DNA from: Minisyncoccia bacterium
Lineage (GTDB): Bacteria > Patescibacteriota > Minisyncoccia > Phycocordibacterales > UBA9973
NCBI GenBank assembly: GCA_038247045.1
Contig: JBBRVK010000001.1
Span: 1 to 42,556 of the forward strand
Length of the DNA: 42,556 nt
Direction of reading: 5' to 3'
In this document: positions 26,520-35,042 of the stretch, in pieces
How positions within the stretch are numbered: position 1 is the stretch's first letter
How the letters are laid out: each line of letters begins with the position of its first letter
Notes under the pieces: generated by a model
Seen by the model: the letters and a program-made list of their open reading frames with translations, nothing else
Told to the model about the DNA's origin: nothing
Database searches by the model: none
Made by a program: the position numbers and the translations under genes

Positions 26520-26696
26520 TATAACCTTTGATCCAGCTGACATTGGGGAGGTGAGAGAAGAAAGCCTTATGGTTATTAGAACTCTCCGTTAACTACGTAA
26601 AAGTTGTAATTAAGTAAAAAGTAGGGTGGTACCGCGATAGAAAAATCGCCCCTGCAAATTTATCAACAATGATAAGTTTGAAGAGGCGATTTTTTG
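26520..26696 (+). promoter_or_regulatory. T-box riboswitch leader of aspS (antiterminator/terminator type)
   Basis: T-box sequence AGGGTGGTACCGCG at 26623-26636. Antiterminator at 26623-26653 with a UGGUACC bulge. Competing terminator at 26641-26696 ending in GGCGATTTTTT. AGAGA at 26554-26558. CCGTTA (F-box-like) at 26586-26591. Confidence 0.85.
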
Positions 26697-26775
26697 CATC
26701 TTAATCGTGATATACTTATTGAATAAAAATAAATATATTAAGATTATATCTTATTAATTAATATAATAAATATTT

Positions 26776-28122
26776 ATGACACGTACATATATTAAAGATT
26801 TAAAGAATTTTATAGGGGAGACTATTAGTATTTCTGGATGGGTAGATGTTCGTCGAGATCAAGGAAAAATGATTTTCTTGGATTTTCGTGATATGACAGG
26901 TAAGGTTCAGGGTGTCATTTTGCCAAATTATATAGATACACTAGAAATTGGAAAAACTTTACGCAATGAATTTGTTGTAAAAATTAATGGTAAAGTAAAT
27001 AAAAGACCAGAAAGAAATATAAAAGAGGGAATCTTAAATGGTGATCTTGAACTTGAAATACAAGAGATAATTGTTTTAGCTGAAGCTGCTCCGTTACCCT
27101 TTGATTTATCATTAGGAGGTTATAATTTGGAATTATCAACTGAACTTGATAATAGAGCTCTAGTATTAAGACAACCAAAAATTCAGGCTATATTTAAAGT
27201 AGAAGAAACAGTTATTGATTCTTTTCGTGAATTTATGAAACAGAATATGTTTTTTGAATTTCAAGCACCTTCTATGGTTCCTGCCACAGCTGAAGGTGGG
27301 GCGGAAGTTTTTCAAATAGATTATTTTGGCAAAAAAGCATTTCTATCACAATCACCTCAATTATACAAACAGATTGTTATGTCTGCTTTTGAAAGATGTT
27401 TTTCTGTGAATAAAGTTTTTCGTGCAGAACCATCATCAACAACTAGACACTTAACAGAGATAGTATCACTTGATGCCGAAATGGCTTTTATTGAATCTTG
27501 GACTGATGTACGCGATATGGCAGAAAATACAGTTAAATATATTTTAAAACAAGTAGAAGAAAAAAATTCTGAGCATATAAAATTATTAAACGTAGAACTT
27601 CCTGTGATGATAGATAAAACACCAACGCTTTCCTTAAGAGAAGTACAACAGAAAATTTTTGAAAATTACGGTCGTGATGTTCGTGGAGAAAAAGATACGA
27701 ACGCACAAGACGAAAGAGAAATATGTGAAATAGTTAAAAAAGAGACCAATTCTGATTTTGTGTTTATCTATGGTTATCCTACTCGTAAAAAGCCATTTTA
27801 TATTTATCCAAATCCTGCCGAACCTGAATACAACGAGGGAATGGACCTTATTTGCCGTGGCGTAGAATGGCTCTCTGGTGGCAGAAGAATCAATGATTAT
27901 ACTCAAATGCAAGAACATATTAAGCTCTGGGAAATGGATTCAAGTAAAGTGAAAATGTATTTGGAAGCATTTAAGTATGGAGTACCACCTGAAGGGGGGT
28001 TTGCCTTTGGAGCAGAACGCATTACAATGCAATTATTAGGATTAAAAAATGTTCGTGAGGCTTGTATGTTTCCAAGAGATATGAATAGAATCGATGAAAG
28101 ATTAAACGAAGAAGGCTATTAA
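26776..28122 (+). CDS. aspS: Aspartyl-tRNA synthetase, short archaeal/eukaryotic type (no GAD insertion)
   Basis: 448 aa. N-terminal OB fold (GWVDVRRDQGKMIFLDFRD), motif 2 FRAEPSSTTRHLTE, motif 3 GGFAFGAERITM. Confidence 0.9.
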   Translation: MTRTYIKDLKNFIGETISISGWVDVRRDQGKMIFLDFRDMTGKVQGVILPNYIDTLEIGKTLRNEFVVKINGKVNKRPERNIKEGILNGDLELEIQEIIVLAEAAPLPFDLSLGGYNLELSTELDNRALVLRQPKIQAIFKVEETVIDSFREFMKQNMFFEFQAPSMVPATAEGGAEVFQIDYFGKKAFLSQSPQLYKQIVMSAFERCFSVNKVFRAEPSSTTRHLTEIVSLDAEMAFIESWTDVRDMAENTVKYILKQVEEKNSEHIKLLNVELPVMIDKTPTLSLREVQQKIFENYGRDVRGEKDTNAQDEREICEIVKKETNSDFVFIYGYPTRKKPFYIYPNPAEPEYNEGMDLICRGVEWLSGGRRINDYTQMQEHIKLWEMDSSKVKMYLEAFKYGVPPEGGFAFGAERITMQLLGLKNVREACMFPRDMNRIDERLNEEGY

Positions 28123-28124
28123 TA

Positions 28125-28901
28125 ATGAATAATATGGAAGTTGAAGAATCTACACCTACATATAAAGTTCACTCTGGTTCATTTGAAGGACCGCTTGATT
28201 TACTATTGTCACTTATCGAAAATAGAAAACTTTTTGTAAATGAAATATCATTAGGTGATGTCACAAATGATTATATTGCCTATGTTAAATCTCTCGGCGA
28301 ATCAGACCGAAGAATAAACGATGTCTCGTATTTTATTTTAATTTCAGCGACTTTAATTTTAATAAAATCAAAGTCATTATTACCAAATCTATCGCTCACT
28401 GAAGATGAGACAGAAAAAATTGTTGACCTTGAATCTCGTTTAAGGTTATATCAAATAATTAAAAACGCCAGTATAGATATTAAAGATAATTTTGGAATAA
28501 AAATAATTTTTACTCCGTGCGATCGTGTTTGGAACGATCCACTTTTTTCGCCAGACCCAATAATAAATATTTCTTCTATGGCAAAACATATTGAAGATGT
28601 TCTAACTCAACTTCCCAAAAAAGAAAGTAAATTACCGGAAATAGAAATAAAGAAAATAATTAATATAGATGAATTTATAAATGGTCTGACGGAAAGAATT
28701 CAAACCGCTCTGAATCTTTCCTTCCGAGAGTTTTCCAAGAGTCATGGTGCAGAAAATGCGGAAGAAGCCAGAGTTCATGTTATAGTTTCTTTCTTAGCTA
28801 TGCTAGAATTGGTCAGAGAGGGAATTATTGAAGTAATTCAGAATGCTACGTTTGAAGATATTGAAATCAGCAAGCAACCATTATTAGTTAAAGTTGAATA
28901 A
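28125..28901 (+). CDS. scpA: Segregation and condensation protein A
   Basis: 258 aa. FEGPLDLLLSLIE N-terminal kleisin motif and a C-terminal winged-helix-like FLAMLELVREG. Confidence 0.85.
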   Translation: MNNMEVEESTPTYKVHSGSFEGPLDLLLSLIENRKLFVNEISLGDVTNDYIAYVKSLGESDRRINDVSYFILISATLILIKSKSLLPNLSLTEDETEKIVDLESRLRLYQIIKNASIDIKDNFGIKIIFTPCDRVWNDPLFSPDPIINISSMAKHIEDVLTQLPKKESKLPEIEIKKIINIDEFINGLTERIQTALNLSFREFSKSHGAENAEEARVHVIVSFLAMLELVREGIIEVIQNATFEDIEISKQPLLVKVE

Positions 28902-28904
28902 TAT

Positions 28905-29450
28905 ATGGCAATAGAACTAGAATCAAAAATAGAAGGTTTATTATTTTATAAAGGGGAAGAAATTTCTGTAAAAAAACTTGCTGAACTTTTGAGTGTGCAA
29001 GAATCTGAGATAGAAGAATCACTCACAAAACTAGAGGCCTCACTCTCTGGAAGAGGTCTTGTTCTTGTTCGAAAAGAAGACAAAGTTGTCTTAGGTATTA
29101 CAGGAGAACTTTCATCTATTATAGAATCTATTCGTAAGGATGAGATTACAAAAGAACTATCTAGGGCTACACTTGAAACTCTATCTATTGTTTTATATAA
29201 AAATGGAGTTTCTCGAAGTGAAATAGACTATATTAGGGGTGTAAACTCGAGTTTTATCCTAAGAAACCTACTTGTTAGAGGTTTAGTTGAAAAAATAGCT
29301 GACACGAACGATAGCAGAAGAATCTTATATCGTCCGACTTTTGATACACTGACTTACATGGGTGTCACATCTATAAAAGATTTACCAAATTACGAACAAG
29401 TTGTTTCTTCATTAACAGGTGTAATTAATCAAAACGAAAACAATGAGTAA
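28905..29450 (+). CDS. scpB: Segregation and condensation protein B
   Basis: 181 aa. IEGLLFYKGEEISVKKLAELL and ETLSIVLYKNGVSRSEIDYIRGV match the tandem wHTH of ScpB. Confidence 0.85.
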   Translation: MAIELESKIEGLLFYKGEEISVKKLAELLSVQESEIEESLTKLEASLSGRGLVLVRKEDKVVLGITGELSSIIESIRKDEITKELSRATLETLSIVLYKNGVSRSEIDYIRGVNSSFILRNLLVRGLVEKIADTNDSRRILYRPTFDTLTYMGVTSIKDLPNYEQVVSSLTGVINQNENNE

Positions 29451-30501
29451 TGCTATTAAAATTTTTCTTCCCGCAGTTATTTCTTTTATTGTAGGAATTA
29501 TATTAACTCCGATTGCTACTCATTATTTTTTTAAATATAGAATGTGGCGCCGAGTTGCAAGAGTAGATAATATCCCTGGCAAGGAAGCAGCTGGATTTAT
29601 GAAAATCCATGACGGTCAAGCAGAAATTTCCACTCCACGCACTGGAGGTATGATTATTTGGATTTCAGTAGTTTTAACATTGGCAATTGTTGGCTCGGTT
29701 GATTTTATTTTTCAAAGTGATGTTGAGCATAGTTTATATTTTATAAGTCGTAGTCAAACTCTTCTTCCATTTTTTGCTTTAATTGTAGCTTCACTCATAG
29801 GATTAGGTGATGATTTTCTGCAAATATTTGGCAGAGGAAAATGGACAACAGACCCCATGATTTTAAGATATATCAAGATAGGAATTATTCTACTTCTTGG
29901 AATGTTGATTGGTCTATGGTTTTATTTTAAATTAGGATATACAAGTATATATATACCTTGGTATGGGTTTTTTAATCTTGGATTTTTATTTATACCATTT
30001 TTTATTTTTATAATGTTTTCCATGTGGTCAACTAGCGTTATTGATGGAATTGACGGTCTCTCCGGTGGAATTATGGCTTCAATTTTCATGGCCTATTCAC
30101 TTATTGCTTTTTTTAACAATCAAGTTGATATTGCAACCTTCTGCGCTGTGATTACTGGTGGAATATTGGCTTTTTTGTGGTTTAATATTCCTCCTGCGAG
30201 ATTCTACATGGGAGAAAGTGGTATGATAGGACTAACTGTAACACTTTCTGTTATAGCTTTTCTAACCGATACAGTTTTACTATTACCAATAATTGCTTTT
30301 CCTCTTTTTGTTACGTCACTTTCGGATGTTATACAAATTGCATCTCGAAAGTTTCGTCACGGTAAAAAAGTCTTTCTTTTTGCGCCACTTCACCATCATT
30401 TCGAAGCCCTTGGTTGGCCTAAATACAAAGTAACTATGAGATATTGGATCGTAGGAATTATGACTGCAATTATGGGAGTTATAATTTCACTTATTAGTTA
30501 A
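29443..30501 (+). CDS. mraY: Phospho-N-acetylmuramoyl-pentapeptide transferase
   Basis: 352 aa polytopic protein. VIDGIDGLSGG and APLHHHFE motifs. It overlaps scpB by 8 nt. Confidence 0.9.
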   Translation: MSNAIKIFLPAVISFIVGIILTPIATHYFFKYRMWRRVARVDNIPGKEAAGFMKIHDGQAEISTPRTGGMIIWISVVLTLAIVGSVDFIFQSDVEHSLYFISRSQTLLPFFALIVASLIGLGDDFLQIFGRGKWTTDPMILRYIKIGIILLLGMLIGLWFYFKLGYTSIYIPWYGFFNLGFLFIPFFIFIMFSMWSTSVIDGIDGLSGGIMASIFMAYSLIAFFNNQVDIATFCAVITGGILAFLWFNIPPARFYMGESGMIGLTVTLSVIAFLTDTVLLLPIIAFPLFVTSLSDVIQIASRKFRHGKKVFLFAPLHHHFEALGWPKYKVTMRYWIVGIMTAIMGVIISLIS

Positions 30502-30511
30502 TCTGTTTTTA

Positions 30512-31624
30512 ATGAATACAAATAATAAAGTAGATAGAATATTTTTTGGTATAGTTATTTCTCTTGTCGTAATCGGAGTGATTATGTTTATTTCAGCATC
30601 TCTTGGAATTTTAAATAAAAATGAATCAAAATTTTATGGAGTTATCTTTAGTCAATTAATATATGGATTAGGAGGAGGTGTTGTTGCTCTATATTTAGGA
30701 CTACGTATTCCATATAAATTCTGGAGACAGTATTCACTTCCATTATTTATTGCTTCAATTTTTGTCACAGCCTTAGTTTTTGTCCCAGGTCTTGGTTTTG
30801 AACACGGAGGATCTCGTCGTTGGATAAACATTTTTGGTCTTTCACTACAACCTGTTGAATTCTTAAAAATCGGATTTGTTATATATTTTGCTGCATGGCT
30901 TTCTTGGGCAAAAGGAAGAGTGCAAGATCCCCGTTTTAGTTTAATGCCTCTTGTGGTGTTACTAGGAGTTATAACTGCCGTTCTAATAAAACAACCAGAT
31001 ACTAAGAGTCTTATTTTAATTACAGCCACAGGACTTGTGATGCTTTTTGTTTCAGGAACACCTTGGAAATATATTTTAGGAATGTTTGCCGTTAGTTTAA
31101 TCGCCTTTGTGATATTAGCCCTAACAACACCATACTTAAGAAGTAGGGTAAATACATTTATAAATCCAAGTCAAAACGGAAGCGGTTCTTCTTACCAGAT
31201 TCAACAGTCCTTAATAGCTGTTGGTTCTGGTGGTATTGCAGGGCGGGGATTGGGGCAAAGTATTCAAAAATTTAATTATCTACCAGAACCTCAAGGGGAT
31301 TCTATCTTTGCTGTTGTTGGGGAAGAAATGGGCTTTGTTGGTTGTACTATTTTAATTTGTCTCTATTTAGCATTTTTTATGAGAGGGTTTAGAATTGCAC
31401 ATTATGCTCCAGATTCTTTTAGTAAATTATTTGTCATCGGTATCATAACCATAATTACAGCACAATCATTTATGAATATTGCTTCGATTATTGGTGTTTT
31501 CCCTTTGACTGGTGTTCCTTTGGTCTTTGTCTCACAAGGAGGGACTGCGCTTCTAATCGATATTGGTTTAATGGGTATTGTTTTAAATATTTCTAAATTT
31601 CAAAAGAAAGGAAAAGAGGTATAA
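30512..31624 (+). CDS. ftsW: SEDS-family peptidoglycan glycosyltransferase (FtsW/RodA)
   Basis: 370 aa. QPVEFLK, PEPQGDSIFAVVGEEMGFVG and SQGGTA motifs. Its position between mraY and murG favours FtsW. Confidence 0.85.
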   Translation: MNTNNKVDRIFFGIVISLVVIGVIMFISASLGILNKNESKFYGVIFSQLIYGLGGGVVALYLGLRIPYKFWRQYSLPLFIASIFVTALVFVPGLGFEHGGSRRWINIFGLSLQPVEFLKIGFVIYFAAWLSWAKGRVQDPRFSLMPLVVLLGVITAVLIKQPDTKSLILITATGLVMLFVSGTPWKYILGMFAVSLIAFVILALTTPYLRSRVNTFINPSQNGSGSSYQIQQSLIAVGSGGIAGRGLGQSIQKFNYLPEPQGDSIFAVVGEEMGFVGCTILICLYLAFFMRGFRIAHYAPDSFSKLFVIGIITIITAQSFMNIASIIGVFPLTGVPLVFVSQGGTALLIDIGLMGIVLNISKFQKKGKEV

Positions 31625-31653
31625 TTGACAGATTTTTAAAATAATTGTATTAT
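31625..31653 (+). promoter_or_regulatory. Near-consensus sigma-70 promoter of the orphan sigma region-4 gene
   Basis: TTGACA (31625-31630), 17-nt spacer, TATTAT (31648-31653). It starts directly after the ftsW stop. Confidence 0.6.
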
Positions 31654-31731
31654 TTATGCAAAGTTATTTTAACAAGTAGTACTAACCCTGGTAACGTAAA
31701 ACCACGTTGCCCCAAAAATGGAGGATTTGAT

Positions 31732-32187
31732 ATGTGGAAAAATGAGGCATTGCCCCTTGTGGCAGAAGAATCTGTTGTGGAGAAAAATTTTTTATCGAGA
31801 CAGCTTAAAATTCTTGATAATGAATGCGATAAATTTCTTTCTAAAAAATCAGAGCATGAAGTGCTTGTAGAAGAGATTGAAGATATCGCTGAAGATATTG
31901 GTCTTGATTGTTTTTTTTGCCAGTCTCTGAATCAACAAATTGAAAGATCTCTGAAAAAATTAAGAAGAAGAGATGCATTAATTATCAGGATATTTTACGG
32001 GATAAATACCTTTAATTATCTCGATTCAACACACTTGGAATTACTGAATTCCTCTTCCGATAAAATTGGATTTATCTGTGATTTTTTAATGGTTAGCAGG
32101 AAAACCGCAAATAAAAGGCACCGGTTTGCCTTAAAGCAACTACAGAGTAAAACTCTTTCAAAAGGTTTAAAAGAGTATCTTGGTTAA
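31732..32187 (+). CDS. Stand-alone sigma-70 region 3.2/4-like protein (C-terminal RpoD-like fragment, 151 aa)
   Basis: I place the start at the ATG at 31732, preceded by GGAGGA 7 nt upstream. LKKLRRRDALIIRIFYGIN...VSRKTANKRHRFALKQLQSKTLSKGLKEYLG parallels RpoD L..L..REA.VLRMRFGI...[31 protein letters not shown]. Confidence 0.6.
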   Translation: MWKNEALPLVAEESVVEKNFLSRQLKILDNECDKFLSKKSEHEVLVEEIEDIAEDIGLDCFFCQSLNQQIERSLKKLRRRDALIIRIFYGINTFNYLDSTHLELLNSSSDKIGFICDFLMVSRKTANKRHRFALKQLQSKTLSKGLKEYLG

Positions 32188-32195
32188 TCAAAATG

Positions 32196-32234
32196 AGGTC
32201 CCTTACTAGTAAAATAGTAAGGGACCTTTTTATT
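32196..32234 (+). terminator. Intrinsic terminator of the sigma region-4 gene
   Basis: AGGTCCCTTACTA-gtaaaa-TAGTAAGGGACCT followed by TTTTATTTT. Confidence 0.85.
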
Positions 32235-32408
32235 TTAAAATAAATTACTAGAAAAAAAACATGGAATGCGTTATAATTAAAGGTACATGAATCTCATTAG
32301 AAACTGCGGTCGCAGTGGACAATGAGAATATAATGAATTTTAATTATTTAACTTTAATTTAGGGGGTTGGTGTTATTGAATAAATGACCACGACCTACTT
32401 CTAACAGG

Positions 32409-33536
32409 ATGAAAATATTACTTACAGGAGGTGGTACTGGTGGACATTTTTACCCACTGATTGCTATAGCAGAAAAACTTGTGGAAATTGCGGACAAGCA
32501 GAAGATTGTTGATTTGAAGTTGTACTACATGTCAGACTCACCTTATGACAAGCGAATGCTGTTTGAAAATAGCGTTAATTATATTCAGATACCTTCAGGT
32601 AAGATGCGTCTGTATTTTTCATTAAGGAACATTTCAGATATTTTCAAAACAGTGACGGGAATGTTTTTTGGACTTATAAGTATGTTTTTTGTTTATCCTG
32701 ATGTTGTAATTTCAAAGGGTGGTTACGCCGCCTTCCCAGCCGTCTTTGCTGCAAAATTACTTCGTATCCCTGTTATTGTTCATGAATCTGATTCATACCC
32801 AGGTAGATTAAATCTTTGGACTGCTAAATTTGCTAAAAAGGTTGCTATCTCTTGGCCTGAAGCTATTGAATATTTACCCAAAGATAAAACTGCGCTAACT
32901 GGCCAACCAATTAGAAAAAATATTCTACACGGAGACTCTGAGGGTTCGCATGAGTTTTTCAAATTAAATTCTGACCTTCCTGTTATTTTAGTTTTAGGTG
33001 GATCTCAAGGTGCTGAAATAATTAATAATATTTTTATTGAAGTATTGCCTGATTTACTTTCCAAGTATCAGATTATTCATCAAACTGGAATTAATAATAT
33101 AGAGGATGTTACTCAAAGGTCTAAACTTGTGATGGAAAATAATAATAATATTGTTAGATACGTTCCACTTCCTTATTTAAATAATTTAGCAACTCGTATG
33201 GCAGCAGGGGCTGCAACTCTTATTGTGTCTCGAGCTGGATCTGCTATTTTTGAAATTGCTTCATGGGGTATTCCTTCTATTATTATTCCAATAACAAATT
33301 CAAACGGGGACCATCAACGTAAAAATGCCTACAACTATGCTCGTAATGGAGCATGTGAAGTTATTGATGAATCAAATCTTACCCCACATTTACTCATTGC
33401 TGAAATTGATAAACTTATAAGCAACAAAGAAAAATTGATTCAAATGAAAGAAAGAGCTTTGGCTTTTTCTTCTCCAGATGCTGCTTCAAAAATTGCCGAT
33501 GAAGCTATAAAAATAGCTTTAACTCATCAATCATAA
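32409..33536 (+). CDS. murG: UDP-N-acetylglucosamine--N-acetylmuramyl-(pentapeptide) pyrophosphoryl-undecaprenol N-acetylglucosamine transferase
   Basis: 375 aa. TGGGTGGHFYP N-terminus, GGSQGA, and a GT28 layout. Confidence 0.9.
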   Translation: MKILLTGGGTGGHFYPLIAIAEKLVEIADKQKIVDLKLYYMSDSPYDKRMLFENSVNYIQIPSGKMRLYFSLRNISDIFKTVTGMFFGLISMFFVYPDVVISKGGYAAFPAVFAAKLLRIPVIVHESDSYPGRLNLWTAKFAKKVAISWPEAIEYLPKDKTALTGQPIRKNILHGDSEGSHEFFKLNSDLPVILVLGGSQGAEIINNIFIEVLPDLLSKYQIIHQTGINNIEDVTQRSKLVMENNNNIVRYVPLPYLNNLATRMAAGAATLIVSRAGSAIFEIASWGIPSIIIPITNSNGDHQRKNAYNYARNGACEVIDESNLTPHLLIAEIDKLISNKEKLIQMKERALAFSSPDAASKIADEAIKIALTHQS

Positions 33537-33537
33537 T

Positions 33538-34977
33538 ATGGAAAATATAAATAAAAAAATCGTCACTCGTTTTGCTCCTTCACCTACAGGTTTTGTCCAT
33601 GTGGGTAATATTCGTACTGCTTTGTATGCTTGGGCTTATGCAAAGAAAAATAATGGAACATTTATATTAAGGATTGAAGATACCGATAAGGCCCGTGAAG
33701 TTGAAGGTTCTATCGATCATGTTGTTACTTCTCTTAAATGGATTGGAATTGATTGGAATGAAGGTCCAGATATTGGCGGTCCAAATGCTCCATATAAACA
33801 ATCTGAAAGATTAGATAGTTATTTAAGATATGCAAAAATTCTTCTAGATAAGGATTATGCCTATGCTGATCCATATACAGAAGAGGAGGTTGAAGCTTTT
33901 CGTAAAAAAGCCGAAGAAGAAAAAAGACCCTTTTTATACCGAGACCATAGACCAGAAAATCCTCCTGTCTGGGAGCCATCAATGCCCCTCCGTTTCAAAG
34001 TAAAAGATATTAAATCATATGAATGGGACGATTTAGTCCGTGGACATTTAAAGGCTGGGGCTGAAGCTCTCGATGATTTTATTTTAATTAAAGGAGATGG
34101 ATATCCAACTTATAATTTTGCTCATATTATAGACGATTTAGAAATGGGGGTGACTCATATAATGAGAGGTGACGAATTTATTTCTTCAACTCCAAAATTT
34201 TTGTCTTTGTATGATGCACTTGAAATCAAGAGACCAGAGTTTGTGATGTTACCGCCAATTATGGGAGCAGATGGAAAAAAGAAACTAGGAAAAAGAGATG
34301 GTGCTAAAGATTTTTTAGAATACAGAAATGAGGGTTACCTGCCAGATGCTATGATAAATTTTCTTGCTTTTATTGGATGGAACCCAGGAGGAGAAAAGGA
34401 GGTTCTGACAAAAGAAGAATTTATAGAACTATTTGATATTAAACAAATTCACATAAGTGGAGGTGGTTATAATGAAGAAAAATTAGATTGGATAAACAAA
34501 GAGCATATTAAAAGACTACCAGCAGATTTGCTTGAAAAACATATTTTTTCTTGGCTACCAGAAGAATTACAGATAAAAAAAATTGTTCCAATTATTGCTG
34601 AACGTATTTCAAAATTCGGAGATATTAAAGATATGATTAATAATGGCGAATTAGATTTATTTTACAAAAAACCAGAATACCAAAAAGAGAAGCTACTTTA
34701 TAAAAATACTTCAATTGAAAAAACATTAATTAATTTAAAAAATGTTTTGTTAACATTAGAAAGTCTTAACGAGGATGATTTTACAAAAGAAAATATCAAA
34801 ATTATTCTAATAGAAATAGCAGATAAGGCAGAAAGTCGCGGGGATGTATTACATCCTGTTCGTTTTGCTCTTTCAGGACTCGATAAGTCACCTGACCCTT
34901 TTATTTTATCGGAAATATTAGGAAAAACAGAGACAATAAATCGCTTAAATAGAGCCATAGAGATTTTAAATTTATAA
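33538..34977 (+). CDS. gltX: Glutamyl-tRNA synthetase
   Basis: 479 aa. RFAPSPTGFVHVGNIRTAL (HIGH region) and a KLGKRDG (KMSKS-like) motif. Confidence 0.93.
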   Translation: MENINKKIVTRFAPSPTGFVHVGNIRTALYAWAYAKKNNGTFILRIEDTDKAREVEGSIDHVVTSLKWIGIDWNEGPDIGGPNAPYKQSERLDSYLRYAKILLDKDYAYADPYTEEEVEAFRKKAEEEKRPFLYRDHRPENPPVWEPSMPLRFKVKDIKSYEWDDLVRGHLKAGAEALDDFILIKGDGYPTYNFAHIIDDLEMGVTHIMRGDEFISSTPKFLSLYDALEIKRPEFVMLPPIMGADGKKKLGKRDGAKDFLEYRNEGYLPDAMINFLAFIGWNPGGEKEVLTKEEFIELFDIKQIHISGGGYNEEKLDWINKEHIKRLPADLLEKHIFSWLPEELQIKKIVPIIAERISKFGDIKDMINNGELDLFYKKPEYQKEKLLYKNTSIEKTLINLKNVLLTLESLNEDDFTKENIKIILIEIADKAESRGDVLHPVRFALSGLDKSPDPFILSEILGKTETINRLNRAIEILNL

Positions 34978-35042
34978 ATATTGTCATTTTCATTTTCAAG
35001 AAACTTTCAGTTTAAGGAAAAGGTAGTATAATAAAGAAAGTA

